Shown: piece after piece, positions 61,352 to 64,000 of the stretch
Layout: every line of letters begins with the position of its first letter
Numbering within the stretch: the first letter of the stretch is position 1
From: Eledone cirrhosa
Taxonomy: Eukaryota
Assembly: GCA_964016885.1 (NCBI GenBank)
Contig: OZ024740.1
Coordinates: 392,460,001-392,524,000, forward strand
DNA length: 64,000 nt
Reading direction: 5' to 3'
Notes under the pieces: generated by a model
Databases searched by the model: none
Seen by the model: only the letters and a program-made list of their open reading frames with translations
Told to the model about the DNA's origin: nothing
Translations under genes and position numbers: made by a program

Positions 61352-63428
61352 AAAATCGTCTCCGTTTGGAAAAATCTCTCCAACACAAGGGAAAAGGAAA
61401 ACAAAATCGCTTGTTTTTCTCTGTCAAACAACTGGACAGGAAAAAGAATGCATCCGAGACAGCATGTAAAGGAGCGACTAACCGAGCGATGTCATTAACA
61501 AGGTATAGGTAGGGAATTTAAAACTAAAACCAACATGGCGGACGATTTTGCGCCCAAAACACTATTGATGGAGAAGAAAGCCGCCATCTTGTCATCCTCA
61601 AAAATTTTAGCCAGAGAAAAGAAGAAAAAACATTCATACAATTGTATGGAAGCTAGCAGCAATATCTTTTTTTTTTGTGTGTGTGTAAATAAATGGAATG
61701 TTCGCTTTGCACATATGAGGAGTTTGATTGTTAAATGTTACAGATAAAGATGCTGAAATCAGTAAAATACAGCCAGATCAGAATGAAGCGTGTTGTTCTG
61801 TATTAAATGTTTTATTCTTTCTTTTTTTTTTTATACACATGGTACCGTTTCCTATTTTTTTTTTTTAAACGTCAGGTCACCAATTTAGAATGTTGGTATC
61901 AGTGTATATATATTATTAAGAATGACAATAAATGCAGGTGAGTGTTGTGACATGGTTTTACTTCACAGAAGTCAAATAAATTAATAGCAATAATGTTTAC
62001 CACATGTTGATGGTCAGTTGGTCACAACTCCCAGACTGGAGCGTATAGAGAAGAGAAGAAATCTTCTCTTGGTAAGGTTCAAGTGGTCCTTTCGGTTGCC
62101 GGCGCAAGAAGTGAGAAAATTAATGCCTTGATGTTCTCAAATATATAGTCCCCAGAGGAACGCAACTCCATTTAGTACATGGATCTGCCACTGGGAGTCG
62201 CGACCGTCACAAAGGGACGCAACTCCTATACGTGCTGAGTTACAGCCGTTAGAGGCCGCTACAAGCCTGACAGAAGACCTGCATTTGCTATCCCAGTTAC
62301 ATTGGACCATAGTATACTGGGGGACAGAGAGGCCTTCGCGTGTCCAGTAGGTCAGTGCCTGTTCAAGCTCTGGGGCCAGGTCAGGTTCAGTCGTCTGGAT
62401 GAGACCCTCGCTGACGAGAGTGCGACTGGAGAAGATGAGGAGAGGTAGGCAGGTAGAGCCAGATCCGTAGCTGATCGGAAGCCGAGACCACCCAACCTCG
62501 CTGGGAGTTTCACCTGTTGCCAGTCTGCGCTATCGAAATTGACACTGACTACTTTGTGTTCGTTCTAGATGTATCTGTAGCAATAATTTGAACTTTTTTT
62601 TTATGTTAGCTCAGAGTGACTACACATTCTGACCCCTAGGCAACATGGAAACTCTTTTCTTTTGTTTTAAGACCTAGCTTCACCCAGTCTGGAGAAAGGG
62701 GTTAATTGGAGCTTATCAGAGATCAAGTAGCTTCTTCATTCATTTTGTTCTCGTCTCTCAAAGGGGATACACCACATTTAATTTGTTCCAGAAATCAGGG
62801 AGATGTAGTCGCTACACCCAGACATCCCGGTCTTATCGACAATGACCAACTAGCTTTATATCTATTGGCACTTCGACAAAAGTTACTCTACACACAACTG
62901 TAAATATCATCTTTTGAACTATTTCACACACGCATACACAACAACACAGCCTTGTTTTCCTATTCTATTACCAATAGCTTAATAGCAGGTTATTAAATTA
63001 AAAAATATATTTAAGTAGCGATTCGTTTTTTATTTCATTACCTATGCGATCAGCTTACCAAAGGAATCTGTGGGTATAGTGTAGTGTGCGGTGGCCGGAG
63101 GCTGGGGAGTGCTCGACCGGAAGGGCCAGCAGGTCTGCCTCTCTCTAGGGTGGTCAGCGAACGTGGTGGACGTCAGTTTTGGAGCTCCCGGTTAACGAGT
63201 TGGATTGTACGCACGTGGGAGAGGAGAAACCAGCCATGGGATTAGCGGTGCCTGCGAAAATGGTAAGTGAAGTAGCTTTTTCTAACCACAAGCTATTTCG
63301 GCACTGGAAACTGAGATATAATTGAAAAAAAAAAAAAAAAAAAGAACTTTCTCGAAAACAAAGCTACTGGAAAAACAGAGAGGAGTCTGTTGTTTTTTTT
63401 ATTACTTACCGCAGGACAAAATTAGGAT

Positions 63429-64000
63429 ATGGCGACGAGATTACGAATGAGCGGAGAAGCGATTAGAGCATTTACCGGTGAAGGCGATGTTGTCGCTTGG
63501 CTGCGAAAAGTCCGGCTGGTCGCAAGCTTACAGAAGATAGATGTGGCTGGCCTCATGGCACTGTACTTCGAGGGGGATGCGTTGGCACTCTTCCTAGAGA
63601 TGGATGAACACAGCCAAAGGGATGCGCAAAAGATTGAGAGGCGTATGATGGAAGCGTTTGCGGAAGGACCGTTAGCCGCTTTTGCTAAGCTGGCAAGGAT
63701 TAGATGGAACGGTGAACGCGTTGACATTTTCGCAGCGGAAATACGGCGATTGGCCATGTTGGCTGGATATCAGGTGGAATGCGAACGCACGGTGCGGTTG
63801 GCGTTCATAAATAGATTTCCAGACGACATAGCGGTGAAACTGCAGCAAGTCCCGGGTTACAAGGAAATGGAGATGCGTGCACTGGTGGAGCAAGCCGGCA
63901 TCATAGCAGAAGATGCCAAGAAGAGTGTCGCGGCGATAACAATGACAGAGGCCCAAGGCAGCCGGCAGCGAAATGGTGAAAGGGAAGCAACCACGGCACG
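63429..64000 (+). CDS. gag-like ORF of a second Gypsy-type LTR retrotransposon, open to the window end
   Basis: MATRLRMSGEAIRAFTGEGDVVAWLRKVRLVA...LYFEGDALALF...GERVDIFAAEIRRLA...LAFINRFP; no stop in ~190 codons; absent from the ORF track because it runs off the window. Confidence 0.75.
   Translation, partial: MATRLRMSGEAIRAFTGEGDVVAWLRKVRLVASLQKIDVAGLMALYFEGDALALFLEMDEHSQRDAQKIERRMMEAFAEGPLAAFAKLARIRWNGERVDIFAAEIRRLAMLAGYQVECERTVRLAFINRFPDDIAVKLQQVPGYKEMEMRALVEQAGIIAEDAKKSVAAITMTEAQGSRQRNGEREATTA

Larger units (their letters stand above)
58614..62263 (-). mobile_element. CsRN1-like Ty3/Gypsy LTR retrotransposon, internally deleted
   Basis: LTRs 61884-62263 (5') and 58614-59041 (3'); PBS TGGTGACCTGACG; PPT GGAGGAGGATAC; TSD AGCC (or AGCCT); gag, partial protease and RT remnants; no RNase H or integrase. 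Confidence 0.92.

Overview
AT-rich animal genomic DNA made almost entirely of transposable elements and tandem repeats. The repeat content (RTE LINEs with (GAT)n tails, tRNA-derived SINEs, CRE- and Tx1-type LINEs) suggests a cephalopod or other mollusc, but that is inference. No complete host gene is visible; a CpG-rich segment at about 14.4-15.0 kb looks like a head-to-head promoter with two candidate first exons. The main structure is a 23.6-kb Merlin (IS1595-like DDE) transposon at 15292-38874. It has matching 27-bp terminal inverted repeats and an exact 8-bp target-site duplication (CAAGATTG), and it splits the 3' UTR of an RTE LINE. It contains a frameshifted transposase followed by a perfect histone-type 3' stem-loop, TIR-related palindromes, an ~880-bp higher-order satellite, a 3.6-kb telomere-like hexamer array, a foldback around TTAGGG-type repeats and nested LINEs/SINEs. 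The right part holds CRE-clade LINEs, Helitrons, nested MITEs, solo LTRs, an internally deleted CsRN1-like Gypsy element with a 38-bp minisatellite, and the start of a second Gypsy gag. Coordinates were read by eye; ends of degenerate fragments are approximate.
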